Positions 41,366 to 51,144 of a DNA stretch of 64,000 bases are shown one piece after another. The notes beneath the pieces were generated by a model. It saw only the letters and a program-made list of their open reading frames with translations, searched no databases and had not been told where the DNA came from. Numbering within the stretch: position 1 is the stretch's first letter; each line of letters opens with the position of its first letter. The position numbers and the translations under genes were made by a program. This DNA is from an uncultured Gemmatimonadales bacterium (lineage in GTDB: Bacteria > Gemmatimonadota > Gemmatimonadetes > Longimicrobiales > Gaopeijiaceae), in NCBI GenBank assembly GCA_963809895.1, contig CAWELD010000010.1:448001-512000 (forward strand), given 5' to 3'.

Positions 41366-42694
41366 TCAGCGCCGCAGCACCTCGTCCACCTGCCGGGCGA
41401 TGTCGGTGGCGGCGGCGTCCAGCGGCTCGCCCCGGAGCAGGTGGCGGTCCATGACGCGGAAGACCAGCTCCTCGACCTCGTTGAAGTCCCGCACCCGGGC
41501 GCCCCAGGTCATGCGACCCAGCGCCGCCTGCTGGAGAAAGGCAGCCTCCACACCGGTGGTGTCGGCGGCGGCCAGCTCCTCGGCGACGTCCTGGAACGAG
41601 GGGATGGCCAGGCGCGTGCTCGCCCGAACGCGTTGCGCCTCTTCCGAGGCCAGGAAGGCCGCCAGCTCCAGCGCCCGGCGGCGGTGCACGACGTTGGCCG
41701 GCACCGCCCAGCCCGAGGCGTACAGCACTGTCACCGGGTCGACGCCCCGGCGATGGGGAATGGGCAGGATCGCCAGCGACGCCGGGTCCACGCCCATGCC
41801 CGAGACCAGAAGCTGCAGCGTCCAGTGTCCGGAGAAGAGCATGGCCTGCCCGCCGGTGGCGAAGCGCGCCTCACGCGCCGGGTCGCCGGCGGCCACGAAC
41901 TGCACGCCGGGCGTGACTTTCGCGTCGGTGACTAGGCCTGTGAGAAACCGGAAGCTCTCGACGGTGGCCGGACTGTCCAGATACCCCGTCGCCCGGGTTC
42001 CGTCTGGACCCAGGATGTCACCGCCGCCGGCCCATACCCACGGGATCCATTGGTAGGGGTTCCGGGGGAAGTCGAAGGCGTACAGGTCCACGCGGCCGTC
42101 GCCGGTGGTGTCGCGGGTGAGCGTGCGAGCCGCGGCGAGGAAGGCATCCCACGTCCAGTCCGCGCCCGGTGCTGGCAGCTCCGCCCCCCACCGCCGGAAC
42201 ACGGAGCGGTTGGCGTAGATCACCATGGGGGTGAAGTCCTTGGGGAACGCGTACAGGCGGCCGCCCCGCTCGAAGGTCTCCCGCACCTCGTCGAAGACCC
42301 GGCTGCGGTCGTAGCCCAGGGGCGGCAGGTACGGCGTCAGGTCGAGGGTGAGCCCCCGGTCCAGGAACGAGGGGATGTCGGGCCCGTCCAGGAGAAAGAC
42401 GTCGGGCGGCGCCCCGGCGGCGATGGCGGTGAGGAGCTTCTCCTGGTAGTTGGCCGGGGTGGACTCCACTACGACGTGCACCCCCGGGTGCCGCTCGGCG
42501 AAGAGGTCGGCGATGCGCTGCTCGGTGGTGACCTCCTGGTCCCCGGCCCACGTCAGCACGCGGAGGGTGACGGTCTCGGGGGATCCCGGAGCGGTGTCGG
42601 GGCCGCAGGCGGCGATTGAGAGCGCGACGGCAGCGGGCAGCCAACGGAATCCCACGGTAGATCGCTGCGCCGTACGCACCTGAGGTGAGATCAC
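41366..42694 (-). CDS. Sugar ABC transporter substrate-binding lipoprotein
   Basis: Lipobox IAAC; KLLTAIAAGAPPDVF, GRLYAFP and WTWD motifs. Confidence 0.92.
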   Translation of the reverse strand: MISPQVRTAQRSTVGFRWLPAAVALSIAACGPDTAPGSPETVTLRVLTWAGDQEVTTEQRIADLFAERHPGVHVVVESTPANYQEKLLTAIAAGAPPDVFLLDGPDIPSFLDRGLTLDLTPYLPPLGYDRSRVFDEVRETFERGGRLYAFPKDFTPMVIYANRSVFRRWGAELPAPGADWTWDAFLAAARTLTRDTTGDGRVDLYAFDFPRNPYQWIPWVWAGGGDILGPDGTRATGYLDSPATVESFRFLTGLVTDAKVTPGVQFVAAGDPAREARFATGGQAMLFSGHWTLQLLVSGMGVDPASLAILPIPHRRGVDPVTVLYASGWAVPANVVHRRRALELAAFLASEEAQRVRASTRLAIPSFQDVAEELAAADTTGVEAAFLQQAALGRMTWGARVRDFNEVEELVFRVMDRHLLRGEPLDAAATDIARQVDEVLRR

Positions 42695-42714
42695 GGGATC
42701 CGGGCTGAGGGGGG
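42478..42714. repeat. Left copy of ~237-bp diverged direct repeat (SBP gene 5' end)
   Basis: Aligns by eye with 58758-58995; about 8 differences in the first ~137 bp, more in the signal-peptide part. Confidence 0.9.
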
Positions 42715-42744
42715 ACTACGAGTGGACTCGGGGAAGGTCGGCGG

Positions 42745-43415
42745 GTGGGGGTCGTGGCGGCAAGGGAGGCCCTCAGCTTCCCCCGTACAGCCGTGTTCGT
42801 GGAGGACCGTTCAGCGTTCGCCGCCCGACTCTCGGCAGCCGACGTAGGGGTGGTCCTGTGCGACGACAAGAGCGGATCGGAATTGGATGGGTGGATGCCC
42901 GGACTGCGTGCTCATGCACCGCTCACCCCGATACTGTGTGTCGCGCCCTTCACCACCGCTGTGGCTCGGGGCTCGCTCGGTCGGGGTTCGTCGATGTGGT
43001 ATGGGATTCGGAGCCGCCTGCCACACTCGCCAACCAGGTGGCCACGCTTCAATGGCCTGGGCCCGAGGTGGTGCTGAGGAGGCTGAGGCGGGCGGCCGAG
43101 GGGATGCGGTTTCCAGTGAACTCGGCCATCCGACGTTTGTGCGACCTCGAGAAGGCTGCCGTGAGAAGTGTGCGGCGGCTATGTGAAGAGATCAATGTGC
43201 CGGAGCGGACATTCCGGAAGGCGTGGCACGAAGCGTTGCCGGGATGCCGTCCGAGCATGATGGTCCGCTGGGTCTTGCTCATCAGGGCCATGGCTCTCCT
43301 GCATTACCAGCGTGCGGTGGTTCGTAGCACGCTACAAGCCTTTGCCGCGTTCGTGACGGATGCAGTCACTCCGGACCCTTCAGGCGGCGACGCACCAAAT
43401 GCCGAGATTGCCTGA
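42745..43415 (+). pseudogene. Degraded AraC-like HTH regulator remnant
   Basis: SVRRLCEEINVPERTFRKAW...P....RW..L resembles an AraC HTH; frameshift near 42975; second HTH missing. Confidence 0.45.
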
Positions 43416-43633
43416 GAGCGGCCGGGATTCTCATGGCGTAGGCTCATGATGGGCAACCCATCGTTTCGGCGGACCCAGGTTGAGCAGCACCCGGGTGACC
43501 TCGTCGGCATCCACAGGCTTCTCGCTAAGGGATGTCGTCCTCGACCTCCGACGCGTCCAGGTCGAGTAGGGCCCGGACTTCTTCCTGGTAGCTGCGTTGG
43601 GAGTGATCCGGAGGGGTCGTAGGCCTTCGCGTT

Positions 43634-44119
43634 CTAAGGCTCGTCCTGCAGAGCCCCGTACCTTCCCCCGAAGAAGAGAAGTGGCTCGCGGACGTCCTCG
43701 TCGCGGTCGATCTCTTCCACCTGCCCAACCACGATGAAGTGGTCTCCCGCTTCGTGCATCGCTACCGTGCGGCAGCGAAATGCGGCCATAGCCTCCGCGA
43801 GCCGGATCCCGTCCTTCCATGCCTGCAGCCGGTACGGGGGTGGGTCCTGCCCCCTCCATCCCCCTGCGAAGTACGTTGACAGGTCCTGTTGGGCCCGGGA
43901 GAGGATGTTCACGACGAACGTTCCCTCGCCCTCCATCAGGCTGGCGATCTTCGTGGCCGAGCCGACGCAGAGCAGGATCAACGGCGGATCCAGCGAGACC
44001 GACGTGAACGAGTTGGCGGTCATCGCGTGGGCTTCGCCCTTCATCCGGACGCTGACCACCGTCACGCCCGTGGCGAACAGGCCGAACGAGGATCGCAGAA
44101 TCTCAGGAGGAAGACTCAC
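43634..44119 (-). CDS. Flavin reductase (HpaC-like)
   Basis: FATGVTVV, MTANSFTSVSLDPPL, AGDH and PL.F motifs. Confidence 0.92.
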   Translation of the reverse strand: MSLPPEILRSSFGLFATGVTVVSVRMKGEAHAMTANSFTSVSLDPPLILLCVGSATKIASLMEGEGTFVVNILSRAQQDLSTYFAGGWRGQDPPPYRLQAWKDGIRLAEAMAAFRCRTVAMHEAGDHFIVVGQVEEIDRDEDVREPLLFFGGRYGALQDEP

Positions 44120-44466
44120 TTGCCCGTGACCTCTCCGTTCAATTCCAATACCGCCTCAGCGTTGAAGAACGGAGCCGGCCTCAGCAGCTTGTTCTCCATC
44201 CTGACGATGAGTGGACGAATCTGCGCCAGGTAGGGTGCCCAGGCCGGATCAGCCCGCATGGCTTCACGGCGTGTGTGCCGATCCTCGAAGTCCCGATATC
44301 CCCAGAGATGGACGACCTGATTGAGGGGTCCGACCTCCGTGGAGTAATAGCCTAGCAGGCCCCCGAGATACTTGAGCTGAATGTGCAGAGCTTGCGCCTC
44401 GTACCGACGCATATAGTCGGGCACCTTCCCTGGCCACAGATCGTACGTACGCTGTTCGATGATCAT
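44116..44466 (-). CDS. NIPSNAP family protein
   Basis: EQRTY, TEVGPLNQVVHLW.Y and ENKLL.PAPF motifs. Confidence 0.9.
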   Translation of the reverse strand: MIIEQRTYDLWPGKVPDYMRRYEAQALHIQLKYLGGLLGYYSTEVGPLNQVVHLWGYRDFEDRHTRREAMRADPAWAPYLAQIRPLIVRMENKLLRPAPFFNAEAVLELNGEVTGK

Positions 44467-45113
44467 ACCCGCTCCCGTCCGCCTGCCGGTCGAGGAAGTT
44501 CGAAGAAGGGTGTCTCGTCGGGCCCGCCGAGTTTCACGTCGAAGCGGTACACAGGGGGCGCTCCCTCTTCGGATGCGGAACCATCCCGACGGGCGATCAA
44601 CCGGCTGCGCAGCTCGGTGTCCTCGATGGCCAGCAGTTGTCGGTCAGCTTCGTTCAACGGCTCCCCAGGCATGAAGACCTGGGTGACCAGGGGTCGCATC
44701 ACGCCCGACGCGAGTATGCGGATGCGGAAATGGGGCGGACGGATCCACCCGGGCACCTCCGGGACGGAGTAGCTTCCCGGCTCGATGGTGCGGAAGCGGT
44801 ACCAGCCGTCAGCGTCCGTAGCGACCCTTCCCCACCCCCGGCAAACATGGTCATCCTCTGCGCCGGCCTCCTCTGTCCGCGTCGGAAAGCGCCCCATCGC
44901 ATCGGCTTGCCAAAGCTCCACCAGCGCGTTCTCAATGGGTTCGCCCTCCGCGTCGGTGACCCGACCGGCCAATACGAGTCTCCTCCCCGGGACGGTACTG
45001 CCTTCGGTGAGGTCGGCGTGCTCTGCCACGGTGAACTGGATCGGGAAGAACGGTCCGATCGTGTGATGGGCCGTCGGGCCGGGCCGGGGGGTATGGGCCT
45101 CGTCACGCATCAT
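44463..45113 (-). CDS. pcaG: Protocatechuate 3,4-dioxygenase alpha-subunit-like
   Basis: TIGPFF, VELWQADA.G, GWGR and FRTI.PG; incomplete Fe ligand set as expected for alpha; follows pcaH. Confidence 0.82.
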   Translation of the reverse strand: MMRDEAHTPRPGPTAHHTIGPFFPIQFTVAEHADLTEGSTVPGRRLVLAGRVTDAEGEPIENALVELWQADAMGRFPTRTEEAGAEDDHVCRGWGRVATDADGWYRFRTIEPGSYSVPEVPGWIRPPHFRIRILASGVMRPLVTQVFMPGEPLNEADRQLLAIEDTELRSRLIARRDGSASEEGAPPVYRFDVKLGGPDETPFFELPRPAGGRERV

Positions 45114-45841
45114 CGACGCCCCTCGAACGGCGTCGCCCGTGAGCCGCCCAGCACGATGTCGTGACTGTAGCCGAGCACGCCGTCGGACGTCCGCGCCTCG
45201 GGAACGAAGTCACAGACCAGTCTGTCCCGGGCCGCTGCATCCGGAATGCTGTTCAGCAGGAGATCCAACTCGTTGAGCGGTTCGCCCGGGAAGTAGATCT
45301 GGGTGGTCAGTCGACTCCCGAACGTGCGGCCCCAGATGGAGAGATGTAGATGCGGCGGGCGCCACCAATTCGCGGCACTTCCGGCCCCGTCGCTCGGAAC
45401 TGCATACCCACCGGGCTTGATGGTGCGGAAGGTGAAGCGACCTTCTTCATCAGCGAAGAACCGTCCGAGGCCATGGAAGTTGGGGTCGAGCGGACTGGCC
45501 GAGGGGTCGTTCCGGTGCAGGTATCTGCCAGCAGCGTTCGCTTGCCATAGCTCGATCATGGCGTTCGGCACGGGCCGCCCGCCCGGGTCGAGGATCTGCC
45601 CCGTCATCACGATCAGTTGGCCCATGGCCCGGGGCCGTCCCGGGCTGATGACACTCAGGTCGTTTCCGTGAAGATCCATCGTCACGGGGTCGAAAACCGG
45701 TCCGGCCCGGTCGGCGGAATCGGCAAGCAGCGGCCAGGGAGACAAACTTGGAGTTCTCAGGCCGCTCTTCCGGTATCCTGCGATTACCCGCGGCGGTTGG
45801 GTCGGATCTTCCGTTGTCACTCGCACTCGGTGTTCACTCAT
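45110..45841 (-). CDS. pcaH: Protocatechuate 3,4-dioxygenase beta-subunit-like
   Basis: ELWQANAAGRYLH, DPNF.G.GR, KPGGY and WRPPHLH supply 2 Tyr + 2 His Fe ligands. Confidence 0.88.
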   Translation of the reverse strand: MSEHRVRVTTEDPTQPPRVIAGYRKSGLRTPSLSPWPLLADSADRAGPVFDPVTMDLHGNDLSVISPGRPRAMGQLIVMTGQILDPGGRPVPNAMIELWQANAAGRYLHRNDPSASPLDPNFHGLGRFFADEEGRFTFRTIKPGGYAVPSDGAGSAANWWRPPHLHLSIWGRTFGSRLTTQIYFPGEPLNELDLLLNSIPDAAARDRLVCDFVPEARTSDGVLGYSHDIVLGGSRATPFEGRR

Positions 45842-45862
45842 CTCTGATCCTCTCCTGACAGG

Positions 45863-47050
45863 TCAGGTCACCCAGATCTCTTCAATCGTCATGTCCCCCA
45901 CAGCCTCTTGATCCAGCTCCACCCCGTTTCCGGGGCCTTTGGGCACCAGCATATGCCCGCCCTCCACTATGGGCGGGTTCAGACACAGCGAGTGCTCGAG
46001 CAGGTGCAGTCCGGAGTCGTTGGCCCTGCGGATCGGCTCGCAGGCTGCGGCCAGATGCAGATTCACCGCAGTTCCCACGCCGGACTCGAAGAGGCTGTGT
46101 ATGGCCACCTCCATCCCCCGTCCATCAACGGCCCGCACCGTCTCGTGGAACCCCTGGATGCCCCCCCACAGGAAGACGTCGGCCAGAACGACATCCACGG
46201 CCTGCAGTCGTGCGGCCGGGGCCAGATGCTCGCGCGAAGTCACGAACATGTTCGTCGCCACAGAGGACGCGCTCGCTGACCGGACCGTGCTCAACCCTTC
46301 CAACTCGGGGGCCGGATCCTCTAGGAACTCCAGTTCCAGTTCGTCCAGATCTCCACACAACCCCAGTGCCTCCGCCACGGAGTATCCGGCATTCGGATCG
46401 AAACGCAGTCGGGACTGAGGGCCCAGTGCTGCGCGGAGTTCCCGCATGACGCAGAGATCCCAGCCTGGATCCAGGGCTGCGCTCTTGTACTTGAAGCAGC
46501 GAAATCCACGCTCCTCGGCGTGGGCGCGGGCGCACTCAGCGACGCGATAGGCGTTGGCGCGGTCGGCCATGTGGGCGCGCAGATCCGTGGCGTCCGAAGC
46601 GCTCTCGAAAACCGCGGCTGACAGAGGACACACGACCTCGATGCTCCTCCGCAATGCACCCCCCAGGGCCTGACTGAGGGAGACTCCGTCATGGCGAGCC
46701 ACCAAGTCCCAAGCCGAAGTCTCCAGGGTTGCCAGGGCAGACCAGCCGTTGCGTCCATTTCGATTGTGGAAGGTGGTAGGAGCGAACTCTCTCCGTAGCG
46801 CGTCACGGTCTCGTAGGTCCCGACCCAACCACGTCCGCGCCAGAGCCGCCGTGAGTCGGACTACCTCGGGGTAGCCCGGCCCGTCGCCGATGCCGACCTC
46901 ACCGTTCTCGCTCTCCAGTTCGACGATTGTGCGCACCGTGGAGTCCATCACGTACATGGAACTCACGTAGACGAAGTTCAGCGGGATGCGCACGCGGCGG
47001 ATGCGCACACTTCGGAGCCTCAGCGGAGCCGACACGGATACGGGGTTCAC
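45863..47050 (-). CDS. Enolase-superfamily enzyme, glucarate-dehydratase-like
   Basis: FKYK, DPN, EDP, ATNM and HS match the GlucD motif pattern; GTGA overlap. Confidence 0.8.
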   Translation of the reverse strand: MNPVSVSAPLRLRSVRIRRVRIPLNFVYVSSMYVMDSTVRTIVELESENGEVGIGDGPGYPEVVRLTAALARTWLGRDLRDRDALRREFAPTTFHNRNGRNGWSALATLETSAWDLVARHDGVSLSQALGGALRRSIEVVCPLSAAVFESASDATDLRAHMADRANAYRVAECARAHAEERGFRCFKYKSAALDPGWDLCVMRELRAALGPQSRLRFDPNAGYSVAEALGLCGDLDELELEFLEDPAPELEGLSTVRSASASSVATNMFVTSREHLAPAARLQAVDVVLADVFLWGGIQGFHETVRAVDGRGMEVAIHSLFESGVGTAVNLHLAAACEPIRRANDSGLHLLEHSLCLNPPIVEGGHMLVPKGPGNGVELDQEAVGDMTIEEIWVT

Positions 47051-47811
47051 TTCGGGTCCCGCGCCCGCACCCAGCGGGACAGGGGCACTCCGTCGTCCAG
47101 CAGCTTCATGCGCGCCCTTTCGGCACGCACGCTCTCCTCCGCGAGCGTCACGACCTGCTCGGCGCGAGCTGTGGGCACGACACACACGCCGACATCGTCG
47201 GCCAGCACGAGATCGCCGGGCCGGACATCGACCCCAGACACCGTGACATGCCCGTTCACCTCGACCGACTCCAGGCGGTACTTGCCGGTAAGTGGGCTTA
47301 CCGACCGCGACCAGACCGGGAACCCCATCCTGCGCAACGCGTCGATGTCGCGCACGCCGCCGTCCACTATGGCGCCGACCTCACCCTGCCGAAGACCGAT
47401 CCGTCCCGACACCGCGCCCATGTTGGAGACGGGTTCGGGCACGCTCTGGATGACGAGCACATCGCCAGGTCGCGCCAGGTTGTGGCATTCAACGTCGGCC
47501 AGTCGCGAACTCCTTTCCTCGACGGCTCGCGTGAGCCCGTCAGTCCGGGCCACATTTCGCAACGTGACCGCCGAGCCGACCAGGCGATTACCGGGGCTAC
47601 GTGGCACCAGGACCGAGCCGGAGACCCCTCCTCCGATCTGCAGTCGGTCCAGGATGTCAGACACGGTGGAAGTGAGGTCGTCCAGCGCCTGGAACCGTGC
47701 GACGATGGCGGGTTCGGGGCGGGCCGACCATCGTACGCGGACGCGAGCTTCGTCGATGCGCCCTGTCGGCGTCCATTCCGTAGCCTCGGAGCCAGTCGAC
47801 GTGTCGCTCAT
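47047..47811 (-). CDS. RraA/HMG-CHA aldolase family protein
   Basis: VSD.LD, G.AVT, PGDVLVI, VDGGVRD and VRPGDLVLADDVGV motifs. Confidence 0.88.
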   Translation of the reverse strand: MSDTSTGSEATEWTPTGRIDEARVRVRWSARPEPAIVARFQALDDLTSTVSDILDRLQIGGGVSGSVLVPRSPGNRLVGSAVTLRNVARTDGLTRAVEERSSRLADVECHNLARPGDVLVIQSVPEPVSNMGAVSGRIGLRQGEVGAIVDGGVRDIDALRRMGFPVWSRSVSPLTGKYRLESVEVNGHVTVSGVDVRPGDLVLADDVGVCVVPTARAEQVVTLAEESVRAERARMKLLDDGVPLSRWVRARDPK

Positions 47812-48680
47812 CCCTGAAAGCGCGGCTCCTCGATTCCCCGCACCCCGGGTACGCACGCGAACAGCGCTCCGGCCAGAGGCTCCCGCGCGAGCTGCGCCGG
47901 GGACAGGCGCTGGGAGGCGGTGGTGATGTACATCGTGTCCAGACGCGATCCTCCGAAGGTCACGCAAGTGGGATTCGACACGGGGACCTCCACGACACAG
48001 TCTACCGAGCCGTCCGGCCGATAGCGGACCACACGCGCCCCGGCATACTCGGCGTTCCACAGGCATCCGTCCTCGTCTACGGCGGATCCATCCGGACGGC
48101 CGGGCTGATCCCGCGTGTCGCGAAAGAGCCGCTCGTTCGACATCCGTCCCTCGTCGGAATCGAAGTCATAGGCAAGGATGTGGTGGCGGTACGTATCGGC
48201 GAAGTACATGACAGAGGAATCCGGACTCCATGCCAGGCTATTCGGCACGATGACGTCTTCCAGCATGCGCCGACACGATCCGGCTCCGTCCAGGCGGTAC
48301 AGTGCTCCCACGGGATCTCTACTGACATCGCTCATGGTCCCCGCCCAGAACCTCCCGGCACGGTCGCATCGCCCGTCGTTGAATCGGTTCTGGGGATGGT
48401 CCTGCTCGGGAGACGCGAGCAGGGAGATGTCGCCGGTATCCGGGTCAAGCGTGTATATGCCGGTCTTCATGGCCGCGACGAAACCGCCACTTTCCCGCAA
48501 GGCCACGGAGCCCACCACCTCAGGCAGGCTGGACCGACTCCAGCCCGACCCATCCGCCTCGCAGGACTGCAGCGCCGGGCCGCGGCTGTCGACCCACCAC
48601 AGCCTCCCAGCCCTTCCGTCCCACACTGGGCTCTCACCCAGGCGATCACCGCACCTCACGACCAACTCCACATCGCTCAT
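47808..48680 (-). CDS. SMP-30/gluconolactonase family protein
   Basis: LGESPVW, RFNDG.CD..GR.W.G, PNSLAWSPD and PDG..VD..G motifs. Confidence 0.92.
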   Translation of the reverse strand: MSDVELVVRCGDRLGESPVWDGRAGRLWWVDSRGPALQSCEADGSGWSRSSLPEVVGSVALRESGGFVAAMKTGIYTLDPDTGDISLLASPEQDHPQNRFNDGRCDRAGRFWAGTMSDVSRDPVGALYRLDGAGSCRRMLEDVIVPNSLAWSPDSSVMYFADTYRHHILAYDFDSDEGRMSNERLFRDTRDQPGRPDGSAVDEDGCLWNAEYAGARVVRYRPDGSVDCVVEVPVSNPTCVTFGGSRLDTMYITTASQRLSPAQLAREPLAGALFACVPGVRGIEEPRFQG

Positions 48681-50155
48681 GTCCAAGCGGCGTCGTCGGA
48701 GTGACCCGCCCAACGTGTGGTCACTTTTCGGCTTTGCGTCCAGAACGCCAGGGACCCAGAGCCTGTGATGTCCCCAACACCAAATCTGGAGTGGTACCAT
48801 CCTCCAAAGGAGAACGGCTCGCGCGGCACGGGGACGCCTACGTTCACGCCGACCATTCCAGCGCGCACACGCTCGGTGACGGTGCGGGCCGCACCGCCGT
48901 CATTCGTGAATACCGAAGCCGCATTGCCGAACGGCGATGCGTTTTCCAACGCCACTGCGTCCAGCAGGCGGTCCACTCGCATCACCGCGAGAACGGGGCC
49001 GAAGACCTCATCACGTGATATGCGCATCGCGGGCGTGACGCCATCGATCACCGTCGGCCCTAGCCAGAACCCGCCGCTGCGGTCTCCCATCTTTGGCGAC
49101 CGTCCGTCCACAACGACTCGGGCGCCCTCACGCTCTGCCTCGTCGATGGCGGCCACGATCCGGTCGCGCGCGTGGGCAGAAATCACGGGTCCCATGTGAA
49201 CGCCGGGCTCCATGGCCCGGGCCTGCCTGATCAGCTCGTCGATGAGCTCGTCCGTGCCTGGTAGGGTCACCAACACCGAAGCCGCCATGCAGCGCTGCCC
49301 GGTGCAGCCCGCCATCGCGCCCAGAATAGCAGGCGGCGCGGTAACCGGGTCGGCGTCGGGAAGCAGGATCACATGGTTCTTCGCTCCTCCCAGGGCCAGC
49401 GCCCGTTTCAGGGTGGAGGTCGCTCGTCGGAAGACCGACTGTGCGGCAGGGGTCGAGCCGACGAAGGTGACCGCCACCACATCCGGGTGATCGCAGAGGG
49501 CCTCGACCGCAGATCGATCACCGTTCACCACGTTGAATACACCGGGCGGAAGACCCGCCTCGGCCAGGAGGTCCGCGGTCCGAGCCGCTGTGAGCGGCAC
49601 ACGCTCCGACGGTTTGAGGACCATGGTGTTGCCCAGCACCAAAGCCGTGGGAATGGTCCAGTGGGGCACCATGCAGGGAAAGTTGAACGGTGTGATCGAC
49701 GCCACGACACCCAGTGGCAGGATCTCGGAGCGGCACTCAACCCCGGCGCTGACCCGGTCGATACTTCCGGTCGTCAACTGCGGGAGCGAGCAGGCGAACT
49801 CCGTTTCCTCGATGGCCTTGTACACCTCCGCCTCGGCTTCCTCCTTGGTCTTGCCGTGCTCCTCCCTGATGAGGGAGCCCAGTTCCTCTACGTGCTCTTC
49901 CAGGAGAGTCCGATACCGGTAGAACACCTCGGCGCGCTCCCTTGACGTCAACGCGGACCACGAGGAGAAGGCCTCCCGGGCCACCTGAACGGCACGCCCC
50001 ACAGTGTCTGTAGACCCCAGGGGCACGTGTGCGATGATCTCCCCGGTTGACGGGTTGTGCACATCGGCCCTGGGACCATCGTCGTCTATGGGCACACCTC
50101 CGATCCGGTGCTGAACAAGCCCATATCGAGGGTCGGTCGTCGGTGTCATCGTCAT
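48677..50155 (-). CDS. mmsA: CoA-acylating (methyl)malonate-semialdehyde dehydrogenase
   Basis: ITPFNFP, LKPSE, FVGST, GGAKNH, GQRCMA, EVFGP and GVNVGVPVP motifs. Confidence 0.9.
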   Translation of the reverse strand: MTMTPTTDPRYGLVQHRIGGVPIDDDGPRADVHNPSTGEIIAHVPLGSTDTVGRAVQVAREAFSSWSALTSRERAEVFYRYRTLLEEHVEELGSLIREEHGKTKEEAEAEVYKAIEETEFACSLPQLTTGSIDRVSAGVECRSEILPLGVVASITPFNFPCMVPHWTIPTALVLGNTMVLKPSERVPLTAARTADLLAEAGLPPGVFNVVNGDRSAVEALCDHPDVVAVTFVGSTPAAQSVFRRATSTLKRALALGGAKNHVILLPDADPVTAPPAILGAMAGCTGQRCMAASVLVTLPGTDELIDELIRQARAMEPGVHMGPVISAHARDRIVAAIDEAEREGARVVVDGRSPKMGDRSGGFWLGPTVIDGVTPAMRISRDEVFGPVLAVMRVDRLLDAVALENASPFGNAASVFTNDGGAARTVTERVRAGMVGVNVGVPVPREPFSFGGWYHSRFGVGDITGSGSLAFWTQSRKVTTRWAGHSDDAAWT

Positions 50156-51144
50156 GTGCGGTACACCACGTTTTCAGGCTCGGCACCCCTAGCAAACCGA
50201 GCTAGGTTCTCGGCAATGAACGCCCATCGCCGCTCCAGCATTCCCTTGGTCCAAGCGGACGAATGGGGCGTCATCAGGACGTTCTCCAACTCAGCGAAGG
50301 GATGGCGGGAGGGTGGCGGATTCCGATCGCCTTCGGTGGGATAGCGGTACCAGGCGTCGAGCACCGCGCCGCCGATCAGTCCGGTCCTGAGGGCGTGGAA
50401 GAGGGCATCCTCATCAACCACTTCGCCGCGAGCGACGTTGATCAGCACGCCCGAATCCTTCATGCAAACCAGTTCATGGACGCCAATCAGGCCTAGCGTC
50501 TTGTGCCCGAGGGCCGTAGCCACCACGACGAAGTCGCACTCTCCCAGGAAGTCCTGGAGGGCGTCGAACCCCACGACGCTCTCCGCAAGGCCCTCTTTTC
50601 CGGCCGGCGTTCGTGTGCAGGCCAGCACCCGCGCACCCATGCAACGGGCCCTGCGTGCCACGGCTTGGCCGATACGCCCCAGGCCCACGATTCCGACCGT
50701 CGACTGGCCCAACTCACGCCCGAGGGGACCATCCATGCGGCCGCTCATGCGCCAACTCCCGGCTCGAAACGTCCTCTCTGCCTCTCGAAACGTCGAGCAA
50801 TTCAGCAGCATGGCGAGGACCACGTACTCGGCGATGGCCCCTTCATGACCGTAGGCGTTGGCCACCACGACTCCCGTGGGCAGGTGGTCGATGTCGATGC
50901 CATCCCACCCCGAACCCGCCACTTGGAGAAACTCCAGGTGCGGGGCAGGCGGCATCTCACGCGTATAGCGCAGAGTGAGCACTACCCGGGCCTCGGCCAG
51001 CACCCCGGTCATTTCCTCGATGGGCGTATCGTCCAAGACGCAGCTGAGCCGAGCCCCGGGGAATAGGTCCTTCAGGACCACCCCCTGTTCGCATGCCAGG
51101 GTGCCCAACATCACGACATCCAGAGGTTCAGCCGCCGTCGCCAT
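50152..51144 (-). CDS. D-isomer-specific 2-hydroxyacid dehydrogenase
   Basis: GIVGLGRIG, INVARG, LDAW and TPH motifs. Confidence 0.9.
   Translation of the reverse strand: MATAAEPLDVVMLGTLACEQGVVLKDLFPGARLSCVLDDTPIEEMTGVLAEARVVLTLRYTREMPPAPHLEFLQVAGSGWDGIDIDHLPTGVVVANAYGHEGAIAEYVVLAMLLNCSTFREAERTFRAGSWRMSGRMDGPLGRELGQSTVGIVGLGRIGQAVARRARCMGARVLACTRTPAGKEGLAESVVGFDALQDFLGECDFVVVATALGHKTLGLIGVHELVCMKDSGVLINVARGEVVDEDALFHALRTGLIGGAVLDAWYRYPTEGDRNPPPSRHPFAELENVLMTPHSSAWTKGMLERRWAFIAENLARFARGAEPENVVYRT

Noticed and set aside
43416..43633. Short minus-strand coding-like fragments after the flavin reductase
   Set aside because: Interrupted by stops and not assignable to a family.
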